64,000 nucleotides of DNA, from the IMG/VR virus record IMGVR_UViG_3300022927_001927. One strand, written 5' to 3'. The translations under genes and the position numbers were made by a program. Under the pieces are notes generated by a model. It did no database searches. It was not told the origin of the DNA and worked only from the letters and a program-made list of their open reading frames with translations. Numbering within the stretch: position 1 is the stretch's first letter; each line of letters begins with the position of its first letter. Below are positions 1 through 8,540 of the stretch, in pieces. Source of the stretch: an uncultured virus (IMG/VR IMGVR_UViG_3300022927_001927). Lineage: Duplodnaviria; Heunggongvirae; Uroviricota; Caudoviricetes.

Positions 1-1
1 T

Positions 2-610
2 GGTATACAAGGTGTTCAAGGTATCCAAGGTCCACAAGGACCACAAGGTCAAATTGGAGCCACCGGACCAAAAGGTGTACAAGGTGTACAAGGACCACAA
101 GGTCAAATTGGAGCCACCGGACCAAAAGGTGTACAAGGTGTACAAGGACCACAAGGTCAAATTGGAGCCACCGGTCCACAGGGGCCAAAAGGTATACAAG
201 GTGTACAAGGTGTCCAAGGTGTCCAAGGTCCACAAGGACCACAAGGTCAAATTGGAGCCACTGGACCAAAAGGTGTACAAGGTGTACAAGGTCCACAAGG
301 TCAAATTGGAGCCACTGGTCCACAAGGACCAAAAGGTGTACAAGGTGTACAAGGTCCACAAGGACCAAAAGGTGTACAAGGTGTACAAGGTCCACAAGGT
401 CAAATTGGAGCCACTGGTCCACAGGGGCCAAAAGGTATACAAGGTGTACAAGGGCCACAAGGTCAAATTGGAGCTACCGGTCCACAAGGACCAAAAGGTG
501 TACAAGGTGTACAAGGTGTACAAGGTGTTCAAGGACCACAAGGACCTACTGGTACAGGTCAAACTGGACCGCAAGGACCACAAGGACCAATTGGAGCCAC
601 TGGTCCAGGT
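2..610 (+). repeat. Coding tandem repeat of 9-bp units (Gly-X-Y)
   Basis: Recurrent ggtgtacaa, ggtccacaa, ggtcaaattggagcc units. Confidence 0.95.
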
Positions 611-1165
611 GGTGGGGGTTCTTCTGCTGAGTTCATCCGTGTAGGTGAAAATTCAATATTCTTAATTGACCCGCAGGATGGTTACTATAGAGGTAATGAA
701 GCACCTGAAAATGCAAACGGTATTGTTGCAAGCTGGAATAATATGGATTGGACAAACGGTAGGTCTGTTCTTGGAGCTAATTCAAACCTAACTAATTGGC
801 AATTATCTAAATTTGGTATGAAGATACCTGTTGACCAAGACCAAGATAGATTTGACTTATGCTATACAATTTCAGCAGATCCAAACTGTTTATTTAGAGG
901 TGCCGCTATCAGTGGAAACGTTCACATGACTTATTACCGTTGTACAACTGGACTTTCGGCAACAGCAACAGCACCTGTTTGGACAACAAAAGCCGCATGG
1001 GCACTTGATGAAAGTAAAACAAACTATATTTGTGGAGTTTTAGAAGGGCCTATTGTAGATGGTGATCGCTGTGATTACATAGTTATTACCCTTGAGGTTG
1101 CTTCTGTACAAGAAGTGAGTTGTTTACAGTTTAATTATGGTCTAACAGAATATCTTTTACCTTAA
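2..1165 (+). CDS. Collagen-like (Gly-X-Y) fibre protein with Cys-containing C-terminal domain; 5'-truncated
   Basis: Frame +2 from base 2 reads [24 protein letters not shown]... for ~200 aa and stays open into track ORF 743..1165 (same frame). Confidence 0.85.
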   Translation, partial: GIQGVQGIQGPQGPQGQIGATGPKGVQGVQGPQGQIGATGPKGVQGVQGPQGQIGATGPQGPKGIQGVQGVQGVQGPQGPQGQIGATGPKGVQGVQGPQGQIGATGPQGPKGVQGVQGPQGPKGVQGVQGPQGQIGATGPQGPKGIQGVQGPQGQIGATGPQGPKGVQGVQGVQGVQGPQGPTGTGQTGPQGPQGPIGATGPGGGGSSAEFIRVGENSIFLIDPQDGYYRGNEAPENANGIVASWNNMDWTNGRSVLGANSNLTNWQLSKFGMKIPVDQDQDRFDLCYTISADPNCLFRGAAISGNVHMTYYRCTTGLSATATAPVWTTKAAWALDESKTNYICGVLEGPIVDGDRCDYIVITLEVASVQEVSCLQFNYGLTEYLLP

Positions 1166-1167
1166 CT

Positions 1168-1371
1168 ATGATTAGACTATGGAGATTTATAAAGGCACTG
1201 GTAAAGTACATCTTTATTGGAGAACAGGTCAGTCAGAGGGAATATGATCTAAGACTTGAGATCTGTTCAACATGCAAAGATAGATGTGATAAGACATGCT
1301 GTATATGTGGCTGTTATTTAAGTAAAAAAGCCCAATGGTCAACCGAAAGTTGCCCAAAAAATAAATGGTAA
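1168..1371 (+). CDS. Small Cys-rich protein
   Basis: CxxC...CCICGC...K...CPKNKW pattern. Confidence 0.65.
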   Translation: MIRLWRFIKALVKYIFIGEQVSQREYDLRLEICSTCKDRCDKTCCICGCYLSKKAQWSTESCPKNKW

Positions 1372-1375
1372 AGCT

Positions 1376-1507
1376 ATGTGTGGATGTAATAAAAAAATAC
1401 AAAAGAAAGAACCAGTTTCTAAAACGCGAAAAGTTTTAAGAAAATTGTGGGAAAAAACCCAACAAGTAGAAAAACCTTTAGTGGTAAAAGAAATAAATAA
1501 ATCATAA
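1376..1507 (+). CDS. Small basic protein (MCGCNKK..., 43 aa), not in ORF track
   Basis: ATG 1376 to TAA 1507, fills the gap between neighbouring genes. Confidence 0.55.
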   Translation: MCGCNKKIQKKEPVSKTRKVLRKLWEKTQQVEKPLVVKEINKS

Positions 1508-1516
1508 TAAGAAATC

Positions 1517-1693
1517 ATGATAATGGAAAAACCTTCATGTATAAATGAATTAAAAGATTTAGCTGAAAGACTTTCTGATAGAGACACAAATCTAAAAGAA
1601 TGTTTTAAAAAGGTTAAATCCATTGTCAATTGTAAAAAGACTTCTGCAGAAGAGAAGATTGCAAAAATAGGAGAAATCTGTAATGGCAAATAA
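1517..1693 (+). CDS. Small hypothetical protein (58 aa), not in ORF track
   Basis: MIMEKPSCINELKDLAERLS...CNGK; overlaps start of next gene. Confidence 0.55.
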   Translation: MIMEKPSCINELKDLAERLSDRDTNLKECFKKVKSIVNCKKTSAEEKIAKIGEICNGK

Positions 1694-2015
1694 TGGATCC
1701 CAAAATGGATGGAACGAGTATTCAAAGCTCGTAATAGCTGAATTGGAAAGACTTAATGAAGGGATCATTTCTCTTAATAGTGAGATACAAGATCTTAAGC
1801 GAGAAATCGCAGAAATGAAAGTAAAGGAAGACTTCGCAAAAGAACTGTGGAAGTGGAAAAAGGAAGTTGATGAAGTTGCTTCCCCTACTCAACTTAAAGA
1901 AACCGTTAAGGATGTCTCAGAACTTAAAACCTTTAAGACCCAGGCTATTACTGTTTGGTTAGTAGTACAGACACTTTTTGCCATGGCGTTGGCTCTTCTT
2001 AAATTCTATAAGTAA
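1683..2015 (+). CDS. Coiled-coil protein with C-terminal transmembrane helix
   Basis: Heptad-rich body, hydrophobic tail AITVWLVVQTLFAMALALL. Confidence 0.7.
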   Translation: MANNGSQNGWNEYSKLVIAELERLNEGIISLNSEIQDLKREIAEMKVKEDFAKELWKWKKEVDEVASPTQLKETVKDVSELKTFKTQAITVWLVVQTLFAMALALLKFYK

Positions 2016-2036
2016 ACACAGAAAAATATTTTTTAG

Positions 2037-2069
2037 AAAAAGGTCTGAATTATCTTTCAGATCTTTTTT
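2037..2069 (+). terminator. Intrinsic terminator
   Basis: aaaaaggtctgaa / ttcagatcttttt hairpin with T run. Confidence 0.65.
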
Positions 2070-2077
2070 AGTTTTGT

Positions 2078-2085
2078 TATATTTG
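2078..2085 (+). promoter_or_regulatory. Bacteroidota-type housekeeping promoter -7 element
   Basis: TATATTTG matches TAnnTTTG, 25 nt before ATG 2111; TTTC 19 nt upstream. Confidence 0.5.
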
Positions 2086-2110
2086 AAATAAATAAACTAA
2101 TAACAAATAT

Positions 2111-2446
2111 ATGTTAGACGATTGGTACAACTCAGATCCTGAAGACGGTTTTAATCCAGAAGACCACGGTGTTGAAATGGATGAAATTGCAAAAATGTAT
2201 GCTGTAGCTGATATGGAAAATGAACAGAAAATATGGGCAAGAAAACAAGCTGAAAAATTCTATGGCGATTTTGAAAGCCTTAGTACTAAAGAAGCCATTC
2301 TTTCCGTTAAAGCCTTAATTAAAGCAGGCACTGTTACTAAAGATGATGCAATTACTCTGATGGACAATATGATTCAAGTTTTTGAAGAGACTGAAGATTA
2401 TGAAAAATGCCATGTATGTCTACAAATTAAAAAAGGTATCTTATGA
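2111..2446 (+). CDS. Acidic hypothetical protein with C-terminal ExxEDYEKC (UVR-like) motif
   Basis: ORF track; FEETEDYEKC. Confidence 0.7.
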   Translation: MLDDWYNSDPEDGFNPEDHGVEMDEIAKMYAVADMENEQKIWARKQAEKFYGDFESLSTKEAILSVKALIKAGTVTKDDAITLMDNMIQVFEETEDYEKCHVCLQIKKGIL

Positions 2447-2733
2447 TTGAATTTGAAGCAAACAACTTAGAAGAATTAGAAGAAGAGGCTCGTATGAAAG
2501 CCACTGAAATTTCATTAACAATAGTTGAAGGAGTTTGTAACGGTTTAGACGAAGGTGCTGATGTAATTGCTTTAGGAATCTTAAGTAACTTGGATATGGA
2601 TATTTCAATCAAAAGAAAGGATTATCTACAAGCATTAACTCTAAATCTACAAAGAGTTGAAGAAGCCGAAGAATTTGAACTCTGTTCACGCGCTATTAAG
2701 TGGATAGAACAGCTTCAAGCAGAACAAGAATAA
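2443..2733 (+). CDS. Acidic hypothetical protein with C-terminal ExxEEFELC motif
   Basis: ATGA overlap with upstream gene; VEEAEEFELC. Confidence 0.7.
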   Translation: MIEFEANNLEELEEEARMKATEISLTIVEGVCNGLDEGADVIALGILSNLDMDISIKRKDYLQALTLNLQRVEEAEEFELCSRAIKWIEQLQAEQE

Positions 2734-2827
2734 AGGTGATAGACACACTTTCAGTTTCTCACTTAATATTTTATAATTAGAATAAACAAACTCAAACTAA
2801 CGCCATATAATTTTAAACTGATTGATT

Positions 2828-4273
2828 ATGGATCTTATGACTGCCCTTAAGGTAAAAGGTACTACCACAGAGAATGGTATGCCAACTAACACAACCTCCC
2901 TTAATGCAAATGTTGACCTGTTCTTTAAAGCAGGTGCTATGCGAAATGCTAAAGCCGAAGATATCATTTCTTTTGTATCTAAGGCATGGGCAGAAGATCA
3001 TACTATATGTCTCCGTATTCTTTTCTGGACTCGCGATGTCCGAGGTGGAGCAGGAGAACGCCGTTTCTTTAGGGTTGCAATGGCTTACCTAATTGAAAAA
3101 GATCCTGTAGGATTTGCTGATATTATGACTCTTATTCCTGAGTATGGTAGGTGGGATGATCTTAAGGCTTTTGAAAATACCGCTGCTGAGGAATATGCAT
3201 TGGCTACAATTACAACTGCATTGGAAAACGGTAATGGTTTATGTGCAAAGTGGATGCCTCGTAAAGGTTCCTTTGCCGCAAAGATTCGTGACTTCCTAAA
3301 TCTTTCACCTAAGCAATACCGTAAACTTTTAGTAGGTCTCACTAATGTAGTAGAAACACAAATGTGTGCTAAAGAGTGGGATGAGATTAACTTTGAACAT
3401 GTACCATCTTTGGCTATGTCCCGCTACGGTATGGCCTTTACTAAGAATGCGCAAGATTCATTTAGTAAATATGTAGAAAGCCTTAAGAAAGGTGAGGCCA
3501 AAGTTAACACTGGAGCAATTTACCCATATGATGTAACTAAGGCACTCTTTAAAAACGATGCGGCTGAGGAACAATGGAAAGCTCTTCCTAATTTCCTAGA
3601 AGGTAATACCGAAAAGATTCTTCCGTTAGTTGATGTGAGTGGGTCTATGAGTAACGTCTGTGGCGGTAATCTCACCTGTATGGATGTGGCAATTTCTTTA
3701 GGATTGTATATTAGTGAAAGAAACGAAGGCCCATTTAAGGATCATTTTCTCACCTTCTCTAGCAACCCGGAATTGCAACATTTAACTGGAGATCTTAAGG
3801 ATCGCTTTCGCCAAATGCAAAGGGCTGATTGGGGAATGAGTACAAATCTAGAAAAGGCATATAAGCTTATCTTAGACCAGGCTATTAAGCATAACATTTC
3901 ACAGGAAGAAATGCCTACACAACTTCTTATTCTTTCTGATATGGAATTTGACCAGGCAACAGACCAAAGGGAAGAGGTATTTGGATGGGGAGAACAGAGT
4001 AGAGATACATGGAATCCTACTGCCCAAGAAATGGTAGAGAAAATGTTTACTGATGCAGGTTATAAGGTACCTAATATTGTTTATTGGAACATTCAATCCA
4101 GAAATGGTAATGTACCTGTTAGATTTGACCAAGATGGTACGGCCCTTATTAGTGGCTTCTCACCATCTATTATGACATCATTGTTAGGTGGAGCCGAAAT
4201 GAACCCGGTATCTATTATGATGGAGACAATCGGTAAAGAAAGATATTCTCATATTAAGTATGAAACAATGTAA
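2828..4273 (+). CDS. Ro60/TROVE-like helical-repeat + vWA protein (DUF2828-like)
   Basis: TTENG, RDVRGGAGERRFF, YGRWDDL, AKWMPR, VPSLAM; vWA MIDAS DVSGSM, TNL, ILSDMEFD, IVYWN, ISGFS. Confidence 0.85.
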   Translation: MDLMTALKVKGTTTENGMPTNTTSLNANVDLFFKAGAMRNAKAEDIISFVSKAWAEDHTICLRILFWTRDVRGGAGERRFFRVAMAYLIEKDPVGFADIMTLIPEYGRWDDLKAFENTAAEEYALATITTALENGNGLCAKWMPRKGSFAAKIRDFLNLSPKQYRKLLVGLTNVVETQMCAKEWDEINFEHVPSLAMSRYGMAFTKNAQDSFSKYVESLKKGEAKVNTGAIYPYDVTKALFKNDAAEEQWKALPNFLEGNTEKILPLVDVSGSMSNVCGGNLTCMDVAISLGLYISERNEGPFKDHFLTFSSNPELQHLTGDLKDRFRQMQRADWGMSTNLEKAYKLILDQAIKHNISQEEMPTQLLILSDMEFDQATDQREEVFGWGEQSRDTWNPTAQEMVEKMFTDAGYKVPNIVYWNIQSRNGNVPVRFDQDGTALISGFSPSIMTSLLGGAEMNPVSIMMETIGKERYSHIKYETM

Positions 4274-4292
4274 AGAGAATTGCATATAAATA
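4263..4292 (+). promoter_or_regulatory. Phage middle-type promoter for the small-RNA pair
   Basis: AAAC-N16-CATATAAATA, ending 7 nt before RNA unit 1. Confidence 0.65.
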
Positions 4293-4299
4293 TTAAATA

Positions 4300-4355
4300 A
4301 GGATAAGTTCCGCAAACCTTTTCTACACAATAATGATTAGAATAACCTTATCCTG
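4300..4355 (+). ncRNA. Putative small structured RNA, unit 1 (Y-RNA-like candidate)
   Basis: AGGATAAG (4300-4307) pairs with CTTATCCT (4347-4354); TTCCGCAAA follows the 5' strand. Confidence 0.6.
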
Positions 4356-4366
4356 GAAAATACTAA

Positions 4367-4425
4367 AGGATGCTTACAGCAAATTTTTACTACTATAAGC
4401 AAATAACAATCAGACCAGCATCCTG
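4367..4425 (+). ncRNA. Putative small structured RNA, unit 2 (Y-RNA-like candidate)
   Basis: AGGATGCT (4367-4374) pairs with AGCATCCT (4417-4424); TACAGCAAA follows; compensatory changes relative to unit 1. Confidence 0.6.
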
Positions 4426-4431
4426 ACTTAT

Positions 4432-4460
4432 AGGTGGCTTCTTCGGAGGCCACCTTTTTT
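4432..4460 (+). terminator. Intrinsic terminator with cUUCGg loop
   Basis: aggtggcttc-ttcg-gaggccacct followed by T run. Confidence 0.9.
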
Positions 4461-4571
4461 ATGCTTAGAATTGTTAATAACTTTTTCACAATTTAGAGAA
4501 AAAAGTCTATGAAAAATTTTTTTTTCCCAAAAAATTGTATTATATTTATAATATAATTAAATAAACGGAAT

Positions 4572-5147
4572 ATGGATACAACATTCTACAAACAAATCGG
4601 TCAATACAAAAACTCCGAAGATCTCGTACTCGGTAACCTCCGATTGGTAGTCCACTTGGCTAAAAAATATCAAGGTATGGGTCTATCCCTCGAGGATCTT
4701 ATTAACGAAGGTACTATCGGTCTCTGTAAGGCACGCGATAAATGGAACCCTTCAAAATCAAACGGTGCAAAATTCTCCACACATGCTACATGGTGGATTA
4801 AGGCTTCAATCCGAGAGGCACTCAATAACAAAAGCCGTACCATCCGCGTACCTGCTCACCGTACACATTTAACCGAGGAAGCACCAAAGGTAAGCCAATT
4901 GGATACCGCATACCAAGGTTCATACAAACCTCAGGTAGAATCTGCATATGACGAATCTCATGTCAACCATACCATTGCTCACCTCCTTAAAAAGCTTAAG
5001 CCTAAGCAACAGGAAATCATCAAAATGAAATTTGGTATCGGATACGATGAGGAAATGAAAACTTCTGATATTGCTAAAGAACTCGGGCTAACTGTTCAGG
5101 CAGTCAACGGTAATATTCGTAATGCCCTTAAACTGATGAAAGGATGA
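4572..5147 (+). CDS. Phage sigma-70 family factor (regions 2 and 4)
   Basis: NLRLVVHLAKKY, DLINEGTIGL, KFSTHATWWIK, SRTIRVP, C-terminal HTH (DIAKELGLT). Confidence 0.92.
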   Translation: MDTTFYKQIGQYKNSEDLVLGNLRLVVHLAKKYQGMGLSLEDLINEGTIGLCKARDKWNPSKSNGAKFSTHATWWIKASIREALNNKSRTIRVPAHRTHLTEEAPKVSQLDTAYQGSYKPQVESAYDESHVNHTIAHLLKKLKPKQQEIIKMKFGIGYDEEMKTSDIAKELGLTVQAVNGNIRNALKLMKG

Positions 5148-5653
5148 TACTAAAGTTAAAGTTATACGCAGAGACTCTGAAGCCTTTACTCCAATGGGCT
5201 TCAGATAATCCTCATGATAAAGACATTAAATATACAATCACAAGGATCATTCGTTTTTCTTCAGACAATCCTAAAGATCATGGTATTCCTTATATGTACT
5301 CTTTGGCTGCATTAGAAGCTGCAAAGGAAAAAGGAATTACTGATGCTGATGAAAGACTTAGGTGGGTTAGATGGAAAGAACAAACTCATAAAGGTGGCTT
5401 AAGAGATGATGGTAGAAAAAATGGAATCTTCCACCAAGAACATATTGTACCAGTCTCTCAAATAGCAAAAAAGCTATATGACCTTAAAGATATCACAGTG
5501 GATAACATATATGCTGTTTTAGTTGATAATATGAAAATTGCATGGATTCTTAAAGAAGAGCAGAAAACATTAGATTCTGTTTGTCGTAGTGGAATAAGAA
5601 CCCCTGAATTACTTACATCATTAAACATTCACATTAAAGGATTTAATTATTAA
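5144..5653 (+). CDS. Hypothetical protein with HNH-like EHIVP motif
   Basis: HQEHIVPVS; ATGA-coupled to sigma gene. Confidence 0.55.
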   Translation: MILKLKLYAETLKPLLQWASDNPHDKDIKYTITRIIRFSSDNPKDHGIPYMYSLAALEAAKEKGITDADERLRWVRWKEQTHKGGLRDDGRKNGIFHQEHIVPVSQIAKKLYDLKDITVDNIYAVLVDNMKIAWILKEEQKTLDSVCRSGIRTPELLTSLNIHIKGFNY

Positions 5654-5656
5654 GAT

Positions 5657-6493
5657 ATGCCAGAATTAGCTGAACTCAGATTAACCGCAGACTATGTTAA
5701 TAAATCATGCGGTAGACTTGACTTTGTAAGTATTAAAAAGAACCCGGTTCATAAAGGTAAAGACATTTCTGTTCCTTATAAGAAATTTCATATTAAGGCA
5801 GAAAGTCGTGGAAAGGAACTTATGCTTATTCTTACGGATAAGTATTCTACTAATTCTATGAAGCTCTTAATGACTATGGGAATGAGTGGTCATTTTGTAC
5901 AGACAAATACAGGAGATGAGAAAAAACACTCTCACTTAATGTTCTATACAGATGATGGTACAACACTCTCATTTGTTGATGTCCGCCGTTTCGGTAAGTG
6001 GAAGTTTGTAGATGATTGGTCTCCTAATCGTGGACCAGATCCTACTAAAGAATATGATAGGTTTACAAATCACATTTTAGAAAATTTAGATAAGTCTGCA
6101 TTTAATCATCCTATCCATACGGTCCTAATGAACCAAAGTTATTTTAATGGGATAGGAAACTACTTAAGAGCAGAAATCTTATATAGGTTACCTAATGTTA
6201 ATCCTTGGACATCTGCTCGTGAAGTCCTTGAAAAGGAGACACTAATTTTTGAACTATGTAGAGATATTCCACTCCAGGCATATGCTTTAGGTGGAGGACA
6301 ACTTAAAGATTGGGAAAGTCCATTTGATAATGACCCGGAGCCATTTAGGAAGTTTATGAGATGTTATGGCAACCGTAATATGTCAAAGAAAAAAGATAAG
6401 AATGGTAGAATGTTTTGGTATGATTCTAAATGGGATGAAGAAGCTCTATGGGATCATTATAGCGGTCTCCCAAATCCTACTGCTTACATGTAA
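5657..6493 (+). CDS. Fpg/Nei DNA glycosylase/AP lyase, NEIL1-like with zincless finger
   Basis: N-terminal MPE, RGKEL, GMSG, FVDVRRFG, H2TH FNGIGNYLRAEILYR, DKNGRMFWY. Confidence 0.92.
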   Translation: MPELAELRLTADYVNKSCGRLDFVSIKKNPVHKGKDISVPYKKFHIKAESRGKELMLILTDKYSTNSMKLLMTMGMSGHFVQTNTGDEKKHSHLMFYTDDGTTLSFVDVRRFGKWKFVDDWSPNRGPDPTKEYDRFTNHILENLDKSAFNHPIHTVLMNQSYFNGIGNYLRAEILYRLPNVNPWTSAREVLEKETLIFELCRDIPLQAYALGGGQLKDWESPFDNDPEPFRKFMRCYGNRNMSKKKDKNGRMFWYDSKWDEEALWDHYSGLPNPTAYM

Positions 6494-6531
6494 ACAATAG
6501 TACATATTAGCTATATAAAAATAAACAAAAT

Positions 6532-7026
6532 ATGGCTAACATAGATAATCAATGTAAAGACCTTGAAGTAAGAGATTACTTTTCTGAAAACGGTTATGAA
6601 CAATCAAAGAATTCTTTAGAAGATCTCTATTCATTACAAGCAGAAACACAACAAATGTATTTTAAGAAACAAGGCCGTAAGCCTTTTTCTGAAATGAACA
6701 TAGGAGATGTTATTGACTTTCTCATGGTAACCAATCATGCAATAATCGATGAATTACATGAAATGGTCGATGCGGTCGGTGGTATCGAAGATGGTGTAGG
6801 TAATGCTGCATGGAAACCTTGGAAGTCTGCAAATCCTGAAATTAGACAAAAGAAACTGTCAGACTTAAGCCCAGGAGATCTTAAAGAACTTAAAATGGAA
6901 TGGATTGATGTAATGCATTTTGTATTTAATGCAGGTTTGGCAATCGGTGTTACTCCAGCAGAATTCTATAATTATTACCTTTCCAAGAATGAAGAGAATT
7001 GGAATAGACAGAAAAACAATTACTAA
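6532..7026 (+). CDS. All-alpha dCTP/dUTP pyrophosphatase (T4 gp56-like)
   Basis: DELHEM, WKPWK, EWIDVMHF, KNEENWNRQ. Confidence 0.8.
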   Translation: MANIDNQCKDLEVRDYFSENGYEQSKNSLEDLYSLQAETQQMYFKKQGRKPFSEMNIGDVIDFLMVTNHAIIDELHEMVDAVGGIEDGVGNAAWKPWKSANPEIRQKKLSDLSPGDLKELKMEWIDVMHFVFNAGLAIGVTPAEFYNYYLSKNEENWNRQKNNY

Positions 7027-7048
7027 TTACTTCATATAAAAATAAAAT

Positions 7049-8458
7049 ATGCTATTAGATATTACACAAGAAGATCGTACTCTATGGGTTTCTTATTTTA
7101 ACCTTGAAGGTAAGACTAGGTTTAAAACATATGAACTCAAATCAGAAGATATGTTTAACTGGGAAGTATGTGATGAGAGCGATCCTAATGCTGATTCTAA
7201 AATTAAAAACTGGGATGGCCGATCTGTAAAAAAGGTTAGGTCTAAGTTTCTTAATAAGTATAGAATTATTGAATACATCGATAACCTATCAAAGTCTGAT
7301 AGAGAGTTTATCTTCAGTTATCATTTTCCAAGAACATATTTTATTGATATTGAGGTTGAGGTAACTGATTCATTTCCAGAGCCAAGTAAAGCACCTAATC
7401 CAATTACAACAATCTGTATTGTAACTCCAGAGAGACAATGTATAGTTTTAGCAACAAAGGATTTAGATAATAAGACACAAACAAAAATACAAGAACAGAT
7501 TAATGAACACTTTAAAGATATAGATGATGACTTTCAGTTTGTCTTTAAATGTTTTAAATCTGAATATGATATGATGTCAACATTTATGATGTCATTCGTT
7601 CAAAAGTTTCCAATGATGACAGGTTGGAATTATGTAAAGTTTGATTGGCAATACATTATTAACCGATGTAAGAAACTGGGAATTGATATAGGATCTGCTT
7701 CTCCCTTAGGAAGGACTTTCGGTAGAGATGAATTCCCGTGCCATGTAGGTGTAATGGATTATTTAGATATTTATGCTAAATGGGATAGGACTGTAGATAT
7801 TAAAGAAGACTTTAAACTTGATACCGTTGGTGAAGCGGTCGTAGGAATTAAGAAGGTTAAGTATGAAGGTACCATTCAAGATATGTATGAAAAGGATTAT
7901 CCTAAATATGTATTCTATAATGTAATTGATACTGCATTAGTTTATCTTATCCATCAAAAGATTAAGACTATGGATATTGCATTAACTATTGCACATATGA
8001 GTCAAATTAGTATTTTTAAAGCTGCATCACCAGTCGCAATTACTGAGGCATTATTGGCAAGAGAATTCTTAACAAGAAACCTTGTGATGGCAAAAGACCC
8101 AAAGGCACCACCTACAAAGAGAGAACAATTCGAAGGAGCCTTCGTAAAAGAGCCAATCACAGGTATGCATAACGCAGTTGCTGCATTTGACTTTGCTTCT
8201 CTATACCCTTCTATCATGAGACAAATGAACGTATCACCAGAAAGCTTTAAGAAAAAGGTATCACCTGATAAAAAGGATCAAGAAAAATCCGATAACTCTA
8301 TTGTGTCTGTTACTGGTGCTGTATATGATACCGAAAGATCAATCCTAAAAGATGTCCTAACGAGGTTATATTCACAAAGACGAGAGTATAAGAAAAAATC
8401 TTTTGAACTCCAACAAAAGGCATATGAAATGGAAAAAGATCTAAAAGATAGTAAATAA
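7049..8458 (+). CDS. Family B DNA polymerase, N-terminal subunit (exonuclease + motif A)
   Basis: ExoI DIEV, ExoII GWNYVKFD, ExoIII YNVID, motif A DFASLYPSIM; ends in fingers helix RREYKKK. Confidence 0.92.
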   Translation: MLLDITQEDRTLWVSYFNLEGKTRFKTYELKSEDMFNWEVCDESDPNADSKIKNWDGRSVKKVRSKFLNKYRIIEYIDNLSKSDREFIFSYHFPRTYFIDIEVEVTDSFPEPSKAPNPITTICIVTPERQCIVLATKDLDNKTQTKIQEQINEHFKDIDDDFQFVFKCFKSEYDMMSTFMMSFVQKFPMMTGWNYVKFDWQYIINRCKKLGIDIGSASPLGRTFGRDEFPCHVGVMDYLDIYAKWDRTVDIKEDFKLDTVGEAVVGIKKVKYEGTIQDMYEKDYPKYVFYNVIDTALVYLIHQKIKTMDIALTIAHMSQISIFKAASPVAITEALLAREFLTRNLVMAKDPKAPPTKREQFEGAFVKEPITGMHNAVAAFDFASLYPSIMRQMNVSPESFKKKVSPDKKDQEKSDNSIVSVTGAVYDTERSILKDVLTRLYSQRREYKKKSFELQQKAYEMEKDLKDSK

Positions 8459-8540
8459 ATAAAAAACAATTATCCCTCTCAAACTATGCAACTTAGGTTG
8501 CATGTTTAGTCAATATCAAAAACAAAAAAATAAAAAAATT

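Noticed and set aside
12..644. Track ORF with KVYKV/HKD repeats
   Set aside because: Out-of-frame shadow of the Gly-X-Y collagen frame (+2), which continues into 743..1165.
2751..2821. Possible third RNA unit upstream of the Ro-like gene (TCAGTTT...AAACTGA; shares ATTAGAATAA with unit 1)
   Set aside because: Lacks the AGGAT/ATCCT arms and GCAAA motif and overlaps a promoter; a 7-bp stem and AT-rich 10-mer can arise by chance.
4300..4425. CRISPR mini-array or tRNA interpretation of the two units
   Set aside because: The conserved parts are end-pairing arms that differ between units, not identical direct repeats. No cas genes, cloverleaf or T-loop are visible.
8380..8458. Split intein or intron joining the polymerase halves
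   Set aside because: No Cys/Ser-initiated IntN after the N-half, no His-Asn IntC before motif B, and no intron-like structure at the ends.
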